Part shown: positions 49,498 through 58,517 of the stretch, piece after piece
Position numbering within the stretch: position 1 is the first letter of the stretch
Layout of the letters: each line of letters starts with the position of its first letter
Origin: Candidatus Aegiribacteria sp.
GTDB taxonomy: Bacteria; Fermentibacterota; Fermentibacteria; Fermentibacterales; JCC-6
Length of the DNA stretch: 64,000 nt
Assembly (NCBI GenBank): GCA_030613065.1
Contig: JAUWMQ010000002.1
Location: 18,007 to 82,006 of the forward strand
Direction: 5' to 3'
Translations under genes and position numbers: made by a program
Notes under the pieces: model-generated
Database searches by the model: none
What the model was told of the DNA's origin: nothing
What the model saw: the letters and a program-made list of their open reading frames with translations, nothing else

Positions 49498-50414
49498 CTG
49501 GAATCTTGTCTAAAAAGACCCTCAGGTCTTTCTTGAGGACGTTTTCGTATACCATGCACAAATCCGAGCCACATCCAGTATACCAGATTGCCATGCTTCT
49601 GCAGGGGATATAGGATTGTTTTTAACAATGTTACAAGCAGGTAGTAGATATTGAACTTAATGAATGTGTTCAATTTAAGATACCTTGAAGCAACGATATA
49701 CCGGTTTCTATGTGTGAAGTAAATAGCAAAAGGAGAGTAAACACCACCAACACTGATTGATACATGATGTACTACAATTGCACCTGGGATCAGATATATC
49801 TTCTGGTTATTCTCTGCCACCCTGAAGCACAGATCAGTATCTTCATTGTATACAAACAGGTCAGAATCCTGACAGCCGATTCGATAGTAGTCATCGGCTC
49901 TCAACAGCATAGCACACCCCGTAACCTGATTCATTTCAACCGGGTGTGATGGAAGGTCATCCACATATCTATATATCTGTATAAGAACCATCCGCCAGTA
50001 AGAATATCTGCCCCCAGCGCTCCAAAGGAGCTCTGGAGAGTCTGCAAAGGGGATAGCCGGAGCTGCAATTGCAGTATTGGGGTTATCCGCAAGATGTTCA
50101 GCAAGAATCCTTAGAGCGTCCGGAGCAACTTCCGTATCATTGTTGAGGATCATCACATACTCTATGTTTTTCTGGTATAACATTTTGAACGCTCTGTTGT
50201 TTCCAGCGGTAAGCCCCAGGTTGCCATCATTCCGATGAAAAATGATTTCCTCTGAATCACCCACCCATTCAGGTACAGCCCCCGGAGAATTGTTGTCGAT
50301 AAGACCGATGGTTATTTCGACGCCATCGGAAGCAAGCAGGGAATCGACACATTTCCGGGTCAATTCCCATTGACGGTAATTAACCAGGAGAACACCTATT
50401 CTGAATCTTGGCAC
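49494..50414 (-). CDS. GT2 glycosyltransferase
   Basis: IGVLLVNYRQWELT, LIDNNSP, NLGLTAGNNRAF and NNDTEV. Paralogous to 41519..42445. Confidence 0.8.
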   Translation of the reverse strand: MPRFRIGVLLVNYRQWELTRKCVDSLLASDGVEITIGLIDNNSPGAVPEWVGDSEEIIFHRNDGNLGLTAGNNRAFKMLYQKNIEYVMILNNDTEVAPDALRILAEHLADNPNTAIAAPAIPFADSPELLWSAGGRYSYWRMVLIQIYRYVDDLPSHPVEMNQVTGCAMLLRADDYYRIGCQDSDLFVYNEDTDLCFRVAENNQKIYLIPGAIVVHHVSISVGGVYSPFAIYFTHRNRYIVASRYLKLNTFIKFNIYYLLVTLLKTILYPLQKHGNLVYWMWLGFVHGIRKRPQERPEGLFRQDSR

Positions 50415-50713
50415 GGTTTTTTGCGCTGGTCAGTCATTTTTCACCATAGGTTTCCGGTCAGGATACAAACATCTTCCGAATTGATCAATTCAAACACAAT
50501 ATACAAATTTAAATATCGCAGGTTTAATTCATTCGGCAAGTCCCCGGAAGTATGGAATGCCGATCTTTATGACTTGCGAATAACAGACGTACAGTTTATT
50601 ATTTAATACAGTTTTCTGTCTTCATATTCTACCTGCTTCTTGCGGGAGTGTTGTGATCAGTATATCAAGGACAGATATGTTGGATTAACGAAGTTGACGA
50701 GGAATGGTTCCGA

Positions 50714-51751
50714 ATGAGAATTCTTATAGCTTCTTCCGGAACGATACCTGGATATTCGGGAGGATGGACAACAACCCTTGATCTCCTCGGTGACAGTCAT
50801 CAGTCCGCTTACGTGCTATCTGATGTGAAGCTCGGTCTTCACAGCATGGAAGGGGTAAGCTATCTGGGGCTTGGCCTTGGGAGTGCAGACGGTAAAGTAT
50901 CTCTGTTTCCACGCCGGGTTGCAGGTCTGCTCAGAAAAGCTCTTGTTCCATCCGCGGTAAGGTGGAGTTTCAGGAAATTCAACGCTGATTTTGTCCTGTG
51001 CCTGGATGAAATCATGGGTTTCTCTGTACAGAAAACAGGATTGCCCTACGCCATGAGATTTCACACGAAGATTAGTCCTTCTATAATCGGCGCACCTCTG
51101 GAGAAGCTCCTCAGAGGAGCTCTTTTCTCAACCGCATGCAAGGGATCGGATGTCCCCGGAGTGGAAATGATCCCCCATAACCAGGATCTGTCACGTTTCA
51201 GTTTCGCACCCGCCACAAAACCTGAAAGGGCTCTGCTCCTTACCTGTATAAATGATGAGCATGAACCCGAACATTTCATTGAGGGAATATGCCTTTCGAA
51301 AGGGATGAAAGGCGATATTGTCGGCACAGGACCCGCAAGGAAACGGATAGAAAAAGCCTGCCGAAGTACAGCTGGACGTGTGCGAGTGCTTGATCCCATA
51401 CCAAGGCTTCAGGTAGGGCAGCTATCGGGAAAGTATCAGATTGGAGTAGTGACCATAATAAGGCGAGACAAAGTTGTATATCAGATGAAGATTAACATGT
51501 ACCTGGCCTGCGGAATGCATACTCTTACAAAACCCTACACCCACATAGTCAAGGAAGCCCCGGAACTGGTTGATATATTCTCATCTCCACGGGAACTTGC
51601 GGACAGGCTCGATGAGACTGTTGAGAAGTGGAGGGAACTTGAGCCCCGACGGAGGAGGGCAAGGGAGTGGGTTCTGAAAAACTATTCAGTTGAGATCCCC
51701 AGAAAGCGATTCAGAGAGATTATGAGGACAACATTCGGCGAAAATAGTTAG
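50714..51751 (+). CDS. Putative GT-B-like glycosyltransferase / hypothetical
   Basis: 345 aa with a Rossmann-like N-terminus (MRILIASSGTIPGYSGGW). No clean EX7E motif, so the assignment is weak. Confidence 0.4.
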   Translation: MRILIASSGTIPGYSGGWTTTLDLLGDSHQSAYVLSDVKLGLHSMEGVSYLGLGLGSADGKVSLFPRRVAGLLRKALVPSAVRWSFRKFNADFVLCLDEIMGFSVQKTGLPYAMRFHTKISPSIIGAPLEKLLRGALFSTACKGSDVPGVEMIPHNQDLSRFSFAPATKPERALLLTCINDEHEPEHFIEGICLSKGMKGDIVGTGPARKRIEKACRSTAGRVRVLDPIPRLQVGQLSGKYQIGVVTIIRRDKVVYQMKINMYLACGMHTLTKPYTHIVKEAPELVDIFSSPRELADRLDETVEKWRELEPRRRRAREWVLKNYSVEIPRKRFREIMRTTFGENS

Positions 51752-51792
51752 ATTATCTGTTGCTGGAATGAATATTGATTTCTACTATTCGG

Positions 51793-53901
51793 TTACGGTT
51801 TAACCAGGTCGAGTATTTCAAGGGACACAATTCTCCACTCTCTGCTGTCATCACCGGGAAGAACGGCCGTGTCACTGAGGTTTTTTCCGAGAAGAGCTTT
51901 CCCAATTGGTGCCATATAGTTGATTCTTCCATTTTCCGGATCTGCATCCAGCGGGCCTACGATATCAATTATCTGCACTGTTTCCAAACCGCCCCATTCC
52001 TGAAGCTGTACCCTCATGCCAGGGCTGACAATGTTGGAACTGATCTCATCGAGAGGGTACACCCTGTACTTCTGAAGGTCTTTAGTCCATCTGCTAAGCC
52101 TGTCCAGCAGCAGATCTCTCTTCTCTATCGCCGCTGCGTATTCCGCATTCTCTGAAAGGTCTCCATGGGAAGCAGCCACTCCGATGGCTTCGGCTGCAGC
52201 AGGGATCTCTATCTGTTTCAGCCGGAGGCAGTCGGCTTCCCGCTGTTCGATGGCTCCTCGGCTTGAGAAAAGGATATCCGATTCCCAGAAGTGCTTCTTT
52301 ATGGAGTTTCGAATGGAGGAACTTTTTCTCCGTGATTGTTCCCTTAACACAATCAGGCATAAACCCTCTTTCTGGGCTGTGGTGCTCGTGTTGAAACTGT
52401 CAAGGTAATTACCGAGCCTTCTCGTATCAATAGAAGAGAGATAACGGGCCAGGTTTGATTTTAGAGGACCCTTCAAAAGGTTGATCACCTTTTTCTGTGT
52501 ATCGGTGCTGGAGAATATCAGGTTGTCTAGAAAAAGATCTGTCTGATTATCTCCAGGCTTGTCGTCCGGATTATCCTCACGAGTAGCCAGGAATGCAAGC
52601 GCCCAGAGGAATCTGTCAGTTTCCGATGGCTTTGAGAGATAATTGCCTATACACTCGGAAAGAAGCTCGGGATCGACTTTCTCCAGGAAGAGAGCGGCAT
52701 GTTCCCAGAGCGAGCGCCTGAGCACCGAAAGCAGTCGTATTTTTTCCCCTCGGTCGGTTTGCTCTGAAAAAAAGAGGTCAAGGTAGTCCTTCCTGCATGC
52801 AGAAGAAAGCATTTCCCCGAGAGCTCTCTCCGACCTGACGGCAGAGGTTTCCAGAAAATTGTACTTGATTCCGGCAAATTTATCGGATGTGCCACGGTCG
52901 CTGAGAATCCAGCAAAGTTCGAATAGTGAACCTGTTTCGGGGTTGGATATACTGTGTACATCATCAAGAAGATCTGTCAGCCCATCTGGAAAGGCTCTGC
53001 AGCAGGATTTAAGAAGAGCCTGTAACTCTTTAACTTTTGCTCGAACAGATTCTTTTCGTCTGTTAACGATATTCCTTACCCGCTCAAGAAACTCCACGTC
53101 TTTATTAAGAATGACTATGCGGGTACCCAGATCGGCAAAACCTTCCGTTGAGGCTGCAGTTTTCCTCAAGATTTTCCATGCTTCCACCACTGTGAAATCC
53201 GAACTGTAGAAAAATGCGGACAGATCCTGAACGCAGATCTCTCCGGGATTTTCCATGGGTTCTACAGCGAGTCTTTCAAGAAATTCAAATGGAGATTCCC
53301 TGAAAAAACGGGAGTATTCTTCCGGATTCCTCCAGGAGAGAACCGCAAGGGAATTTGAAGCAAGTGGTCTTGTGGATTCAAGCACAACGTTCAATTTCAT
53401 GTCATGGTTCTGTGCTTTCTGAAAATCAATAGTAGCGTGTGTTCGGCTCATCCTTGTAATTTTCCCGACACCGAAGGTGCAATGGTAAAGATAGGTGTCT
53501 TTCGTGTACTTCATAAGCGAGTTGAACACTCGCCAGGACAATTGTACATCGGCATTTTCATTCATGAGTCCGCTGAGTTTCAGAAACTGCTCGAGAGGTT
53601 GAAACATCAGGTTATCATCCCTGAGAGCTTCAATAAGAGCTTTTCTTAAAGGTTCAGATCTCCTGAAAAACTCTGCCGCTTTCATCAGAAACCCCGAGAA
53701 GGCGTCTTCACCCTCGGCTTCTTTCTCTGTAATAATCAATTCGAGAAGCTTTGTGGCCAGGTCATCCTCTTTATTGTTGAGAAGCATGGAGAGAGCAACT
53801 ATCATTTCATCGTATGAGGCATCACCGTCGAGGGTTTCAAGCCACAGGACAGTCAGGGCATCGTAATCACCGGCACTTGCGGCATCGAGAATTTTGGACA
53901 A
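51793..53901 (-). CDS. Large protein with C-terminal GreA/GreB-type transcript-cleavage-factor domain and a roughly 550-aa unknown N-terminal extension; start uncertain (TTG at 53901 with GGAGG 4 nt upstream proposed)
   Basis: The C-terminal 140 aa contain GDLSENAEYAAAIEKRDLL and ...GRINYMAPIGKALLGKNLSD, which are Gre-factor motifs. The ORF-track start at 54510 would run antisense through a credible Tat-signal gene, and its first 200 aa are P/S-rich low complexity, so it is rejected. Confidence 0.55.
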   Translation of the reverse strand: MSKILDAASAGDYDALTVLWLETLDGDASYDEMIVALSMLLNNKEDDLATKLLELIITEKEAEGEDAFSGFLMKAAEFFRRSEPLRKALIEALRDDNLMFQPLEQFLKLSGLMNENADVQLSWRVFNSLMKYTKDTYLYHCTFGVGKITRMSRTHATIDFQKAQNHDMKLNVVLESTRPLASNSLAVLSWRNPEEYSRFFRESPFEFLERLAVEPMENPGEICVQDLSAFFYSSDFTVVEAWKILRKTAASTEGFADLGTRIVILNKDVEFLERVRNIVNRRKESVRAKVKELQALLKSCCRAFPDGLTDLLDDVHSISNPETGSLFELCWILSDRGTSDKFAGIKYNFLETSAVRSERALGEMLSSACRKDYLDLFFSEQTDRGEKIRLLSVLRRSLWEHAALFLEKVDPELLSECIGNYLSKPSETDRFLWALAFLATREDNPDDKPGDNQTDLFLDNLIFSSTDTQKKVINLLKGPLKSNLARYLSSIDTRRLGNYLDSFNTSTTAQKEGLCLIVLREQSRRKSSSIRNSIKKHFWESDILFSSRGAIEQREADCLRLKQIEIPAAAEAIGVAASHGDLSENAEYAAAIEKRDLLLDRLSRWTKDLQKYRVYPLDEISSNIVSPGMRVQLQEWGGLETVQIIDIVGPLDADPENGRINYMAPIGKALLGKNLSDTAVLPGDDSREWRIVSLEILDLVKP

Positions 53902-53971
53902 TCTTCCTCCTGTCTGAGAAGGAATAATATACTTTGTAGATAGCGGTATAAGTAATGGCAGGAGGAAATAC

Positions 53972-54868
53972 TTGATCGAAAAAGACGAATCCGGAAAAAA
54001 ACTTAACAGAAGAGAGTTTTTAGGAAAAGCCGGTAAGCTCGGAGGAGCCGTTTTTCTTTCCTCTTTTGCCGGGAAAGCCCTTGCCGGGGAGGGGGAACAG
54101 GGAATGGAAGAATTCTGGTCCGATGGCACCTTCAAACAGAACTCAGTTGATGCTTCCAGGGAAGCCGAGGGAATTGTCAGAGCGTTCATTGATGGAAGAT
54201 GGGAAGAATTCCAGACTCTGCAGTTACCGCGGCCTTTCATGGACTGGAACCTTTCAGCCCGCCTGGAAGTGCTGGAGAACATATCCATGATGTTCGGCGG
54301 CGAAGGAGGATCTCCGCCTTCACTTGCGGGTCCCCACAATGCGGCAATGGCGACGTGGGGCGGAAGCAGGGCGGACAGCAGACTGGAGATAAACAACGCC
54401 TTCAAGGGAATGGGTCTGTGTCCCGGGAGATTGATAATCAAGGATCTTCTTGCAGAGATGGAAGAGTTAATATCCGGGGGCATGCCTCCAAGGCTGCAGT
54501 ATCTTAACAATCTCTATTCCGATACCTCGAATTTTGATCTGACGAAAATGATCTCCCTGGAACTTTACAGCACTCAGGAATTTGAAACCCATACTTTCAT
54601 CAATCTCATGGAACGCCCAACAACATCACTGGTGTTTCTGGATAGCAAGTCTTACGAGGTGAGGGGTATAGGTCAGCTAGTGGCTCCCGGTGATACTGAA
54701 GCCGGAGATTATGCGGTTGATATTGTGAAGTATACCAATATGGTCCACTCACTCTTCCATGGAGATTTTCCGAGGCTGTATCCCGGGATTCTGGTTCATG
54801 TAACAGCAGTGTTCGATAATACGCCTGGTACCGGCCGAGGAGTAAGGATAGCGCCGCCGCTGCTCTAG
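53972..54868 (+). CDS. Tat-exported hypothetical protein
   Basis: Twin-arginine signal NRREFLGKAGKLGGAVFLSSFAGKALA. 298 aa. Confidence 0.55.
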   Translation: MIEKDESGKKLNRREFLGKAGKLGGAVFLSSFAGKALAGEGEQGMEEFWSDGTFKQNSVDASREAEGIVRAFIDGRWEEFQTLQLPRPFMDWNLSARLEVLENISMMFGGEGGSPPSLAGPHNAAMATWGGSRADSRLEINNAFKGMGLCPGRLIIKDLLAEMEELISGGMPPRLQYLNNLYSDTSNFDLTKMISLELYSTQEFETHTFINLMERPTTSLVFLDSKSYEVRGIGQLVAPGDTEAGDYAVDIVKYTNMVHSLFHGDFPRLYPGILVHVTAVFDNTPGTGRGVRIAPPLL

Positions 54869-54882
54869 AAACTGAGAATCAT

Positions 54883-55575
54883 GTGAATATTTTAAGACTG
54901 CCCGATGGAACCCTGCCTGAAATGTACTTTGTTGATCTTGACGGAACGCTTTTGTCAACATCTTCGGAGAAGTACTTTCTGAAGCATCTTGTTTCGATAG
55001 GCATACTGTCTCCGGCAGCTTTCCTAAGATTTCTATTATTCTATGTTCTCCACCCCGGGAAGACGATCCGGGAGGGAAAGGGATGGAACAGGAATTATCT
55101 CACAGGCCTTCCTCCTGAAGCAGTAAAGCGTGAAGCGCATATTTGTGCAGGAATCCTCATGAAGAACTTTCTACGCGAGTGGACATTCCAATCCATACGC
55201 GATCTGAAAAATTCCGGGTGTGAAACAGTCCTTCTTTCCGCCTCCCTGGAATACATCGTGACCGGCATCGCTGAGAATGCATCCATCGATTACATTCAGG
55301 CAAGCAGTCCGGAAATTGATAACGGAGGGTTCACCGGGCGATTGAGTGATCTGCGTCCCTGGGGAAGAAACAAGGCGGAACTGATGCGGAGAATATGTGA
55401 TCAGAGAGGGATAAAACCGGAGAACTGCGCTGCCGTTGGAGATTCCTGGGCCGACAGGTTCATACTCAGTGAGTGCGGTTGTTCTGTTGTTGTTTGCCCG
55501 GACAGGAAACTGAGGAAACTTGCTGTAAGGAATAAGTGGAAAATAGTAGAGGGCAGGCACACAAAATGGGCATAG
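54883..55575 (+). CDS. HAD-superfamily hydrolase (HAD-IB / phosphoserine phosphatase-like)
   Basis: Motif I FVDLDGTLL (DxDGT). C-terminal GDSWADRFILSECGCSVVV (motif IV, GDxxxD). Confidence 0.7.
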   Translation: MNILRLPDGTLPEMYFVDLDGTLLSTSSEKYFLKHLVSIGILSPAAFLRFLLFYVLHPGKTIREGKGWNRNYLTGLPPEAVKREAHICAGILMKNFLREWTFQSIRDLKNSGCETVLLSASLEYIVTGIAENASIDYIQASSPEIDNGGFTGRLSDLRPWGRNKAELMRRICDQRGIKPENCAAVGDSWADRFILSECGCSVVVCPDRKLRKLAVRNKWKIVEGRHTKWA

Positions 55576-56438
55576 TAAGAGCCCTTGGGGCATTTTCAGG
55601 CGGGTTGGACAGTATGATAGCAGCCCTTCTGCTTAAGTCCCAGGGGATAGAAGTTGAAGTAGCCACTTTCACAAGCCCTTTTTTCTCGTCGGAATCAGGC
55701 TGCCGCTACGCAAAACAGCTTGATCTTCCCTGGAGGGAAATCGATTACACCGCTGAGATGATGACCCTGCTGCAGAACCCTCCCTCTGGATTCGGAAAGA
55801 ACCTTAACCCCTGTATAGACTGCCATGCTGGCATGTTCCGGATACTTGGAGAGATCGCCTCAGCCGAGGGGTACGATTTTATCTTCTCAGGAGAAGTCGC
55901 GGGACAGCGCCCGATGTCGCAGAACAAAAACTCCCTCAACCGGGTTGCCCGATTGTCCGGTTATCAGGAAAAACTCCTCCGTCCACTCTCGGCAAAACTT
56001 CTCAGAATAACCGATCCCGAACTGAGAGGGCAGGTTGACAGAGAAAAACTGCTGAGCCTTTCGGGAAGAAGCAGAAAACCTCAAATGAAACTCGCGGAAG
56101 AATATGGGATCGAATACATAAATCCCGGGGGAGGATGTCTGCTCACCGATCCCAATTACTGCGGGAGGCTTTCGATTCTAATGGAGATACGCGGTCTTCT
56201 CACCGCTCGGAATGCAGGATTGATCAGACATGGCCGGATATTCAGGCTTTCGAAGGATACCATCTGTCTCGTGGGTCGTTCCGAAATGGATAATGCAGGA
56301 CTTGAATCCCTGGTTAAGGACGAAGTAATCTTTGTACTCGAAGACAGGCCGGGCCCCACAGGAGTTCTTATTGGAGATCCAGAAATGCTTCCGGTGCTCA
56401 TCGACCTTGTAGAGCGTTACGCCGGAGTCAGATCCTGA
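55566..56438 (+). CDS. PP-loop superfamily ATP pyrophosphatase (tRNA thiolation / ThiI-like), with CxxC zinc site
   Basis: SGGLDS PP-loop at the N-terminus (ALGAFSGGLDSMIAALL) and NPCIDCH downstream. The start was moved to an internal ATG to avoid overlap with the HAD gene. Confidence 0.55.
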   Translation: MGIVRALGAFSGGLDSMIAALLLKSQGIEVEVATFTSPFFSSESGCRYAKQLDLPWREIDYTAEMMTLLQNPPSGFGKNLNPCIDCHAGMFRILGEIASAEGYDFIFSGEVAGQRPMSQNKNSLNRVARLSGYQEKLLRPLSAKLLRITDPELRGQVDREKLLSLSGRSRKPQMKLAEEYGIEYINPGGGCLLTDPNYCGRLSILMEIRGLLTARNAGLIRHGRIFRLSKDTICLVGRSEMDNAGLESLVKDEVIFVLEDRPGPTGVLIGDPEMLPVLIDLVERYAGVRS

Positions 56439-56723
56439 AATTACGACAGTGGGGTCGTATCTTGAATTTTGGCATTTCAAATTTTAGTATTGAATATAAA
56501 TGATAATATGCAAATTTGGATTCAGTAAGCCCCTTCATTACTTGACATTCTGAGAAAAATGAATATTTAATCCTCTTCTCAATCGAAGGGCACCATTATG
56601 ACTAAGATCAAAAGACTGTTTCGCTAATCAGAAAATCTCCTGCTCCGCAGCGGGGCAGTATTTAATCAGTTCCAAGAACAGATATTGATCCCGGGATAAC
56701 CCGGTTTTTACAGGAATAATGAA

Positions 56724-58517
56724 ATGCACTTTCAATTTGACGACACATTCGATGATTCTTCGATAAAGAAAACATCTACCTTTGGTGTATTAAAGAAGAT
56801 CTATCCCTTCCTCAGGCCGCATAGAAAATCCTTTTCAATCGCAGCTGTTCTGCTTTTTCTGTCCGTAGCAGGAGAGCTTGCAGGACCTCTTATCCTGCGG
56901 ATGGTGATTGATACCGCGATTCCGAACAAGTCGGTACGAGACATTGTATTCTATTCTCTTCTGTTTGCCGGAACATTTACTTTTGCCATGGTGATGTCCT
57001 ATCTGGAGGTGATGATTACCACAAAAGTAGGGCTTTCGGTGGTAAGGGACCTGAAGGAGAAGGTGTTCCGACATATGCTTTCCCTTTCCCTCTCATTTTT
57101 CGACAGAAATCCCACAGGCAAGCTCATGGCGAGGGTAGAAAGCGATTCGGAACGGGTACGGATGCTGTTCAGTGATGTTTCAATGGCACTGCTTAGAAAC
57201 GTAGCCATGGTCTGCGGAACTCTTGGGATAATGCTGGCGGCCGATGCCGCAATAACAAAATGGATAATAATCCTTCTATTGCCAGTGGCGCTGTTGACTG
57301 TGCCCTTACTGAAAAAAATGAGAAAACTATACAGAAGGGTAAGGTCGGCCTACGCACGGATATCCGGATTCATAGCGGAATATGTCAGATCGGTTCCGGT
57401 TCTACAGGTATTCGGCGCGACAGGGATGGCATCGCGGAAGATTCATGATGAAGGGCAGCGCTTTCTTAATCGTGAAGTTGAGGCTTACTTCTGGGAGTAC
57501 GGATTCTGGAGTTTTCTGGGCAGCTGCGAGATACTTGCAGTTATCGTTATTCTGCTTTCCGGCAGGGCCGGAGTTATCTCCGGTACTGTAAGTGTTGGTA
57601 CAGTAGTCATGTTCGTTGAGTATACACGGCGTCTTTTCGGGCCGGTCGTGATGTTTTCCGAGACACTTAACATGGTTCAGCGTGCAGCAGCTTCCGCGGA
57701 GAGACTCTTTGATATTCTCGCCACCGAAACTCTTACTCCGGATGGACTTCTTGATGATGGAGATTTCCCTGACGAATGGAAAGAGATCCGTTTTGAGAGC
57801 TTGTGGTTCAGATACCCCGAAGGGAAGTGGGTTCTGAAGAATGTAAGCTTCACAGTCGCCAGGAGCACTATGGTCGCTCTCGTAGGCGCAAGCGGAGGAG
57901 GCAAAAGCACTATTGTAAGTCTGCTGATGAGATTCTACGAGCCTACGGAAGGCAGAATCACCATCGACGGTATCGATATCAGGGAGTTCCGCCTGAGTGT
58001 CTGGAGGAGCAGGCTGGGACTGGTTCTGCAGAATGTAAATCTTTTCTCGGGAACTCTATCCGAGAACCTGACTGTTTTCAGGGAAGGAATACCCGCGTCC
58101 ACCCAGAGGAAAGCCCTGAAAGCCATCGAAGCGGAAGATATTCTGGAAGTCATACCCGGAGGGCTGGATGGCAGCATAAGCGAAGGCGGCCTGAATATTT
58201 CAATGGGTCAGCGCCAGCTCATCAACTATGCCAGAGCCATACTTAAGGAGCCCGAAATACTGGTTCTTGATGAAGCCACTTCATCGGTTGACCCCGGAAC
58301 CGAGAAACGCATACAGAGATCAACCGATCTTATAGTAAAGGACAGGACCGCACTGGTGGTCGCCCATCGACTGAGCACTGTTACCCATGCTTCAAAGATA
58401 CTGGTTGTGCAGTACGGTGTAATAGCTGAAGAGGGGACGCATGAAGAGCTCCTGAGGCATGAAGGCATTTATGCCGGTCTATGCCGTCTTCAGCTGCAGG
58501 GGGTTTCTCATGCCTGA
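56724..58517 (+). CDS. ABC exporter, fused permease-ATPase (type I exporter half-transporter)
   Basis: A 6-TM N-terminal domain and an NBD with Walker A GASGGGKST, signature LSMGQRQL, Walker B LVLDEATSSVD and an H-loop. Confidence 0.9.
   Translation: MHFQFDDTFDDSSIKKTSTFGVLKKIYPFLRPHRKSFSIAAVLLFLSVAGELAGPLILRMVIDTAIPNKSVRDIVFYSLLFAGTFTFAMVMSYLEVMITTKVGLSVVRDLKEKVFRHMLSLSLSFFDRNPTGKLMARVESDSERVRMLFSDVSMALLRNVAMVCGTLGIMLAADAAITKWIIILLLPVALLTVPLLKKMRKLYRRVRSAYARISGFIAEYVRSVPVLQVFGATGMASRKIHDEGQRFLNREVEAYFWEYGFWSFLGSCEILAVIVILLSGRAGVISGTVSVGTVVMFVEYTRRLFGPVVMFSETLNMVQRAAASAERLFDILATETLTPDGLLDDGDFPDEWKEIRFESLWFRYPEGKWVLKNVSFTVARSTMVALVGASGGGKSTIVSLLMRFYEPTEGRITIDGIDIREFRLSVWRSRLGLVLQNVNLFSGTLSENLTVFREGIPASTQRKALKAIEAEDILEVIPGGLDGSISEGGLNISMGQRQLINYARAILKEPEILVLDEATSSVDPGTEKRIQRSTDLIVKDRTALVVAHRLSTVTHASKILVVQYGVIAEEGTHEELLRHEGIYAGLCRLQLQGVSHA

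Noticed and set aside
54199-54510. N-terminal 200 codons of the 905-aa minus-strand ORF, and small + ORFs 54066..54290 and 54199..54507
   Set aside because: These are P/S/R-rich low-complexity translations lying antisense or out of frame to a well-formed Tat-signal gene, so they were treated as shadow ORFs.
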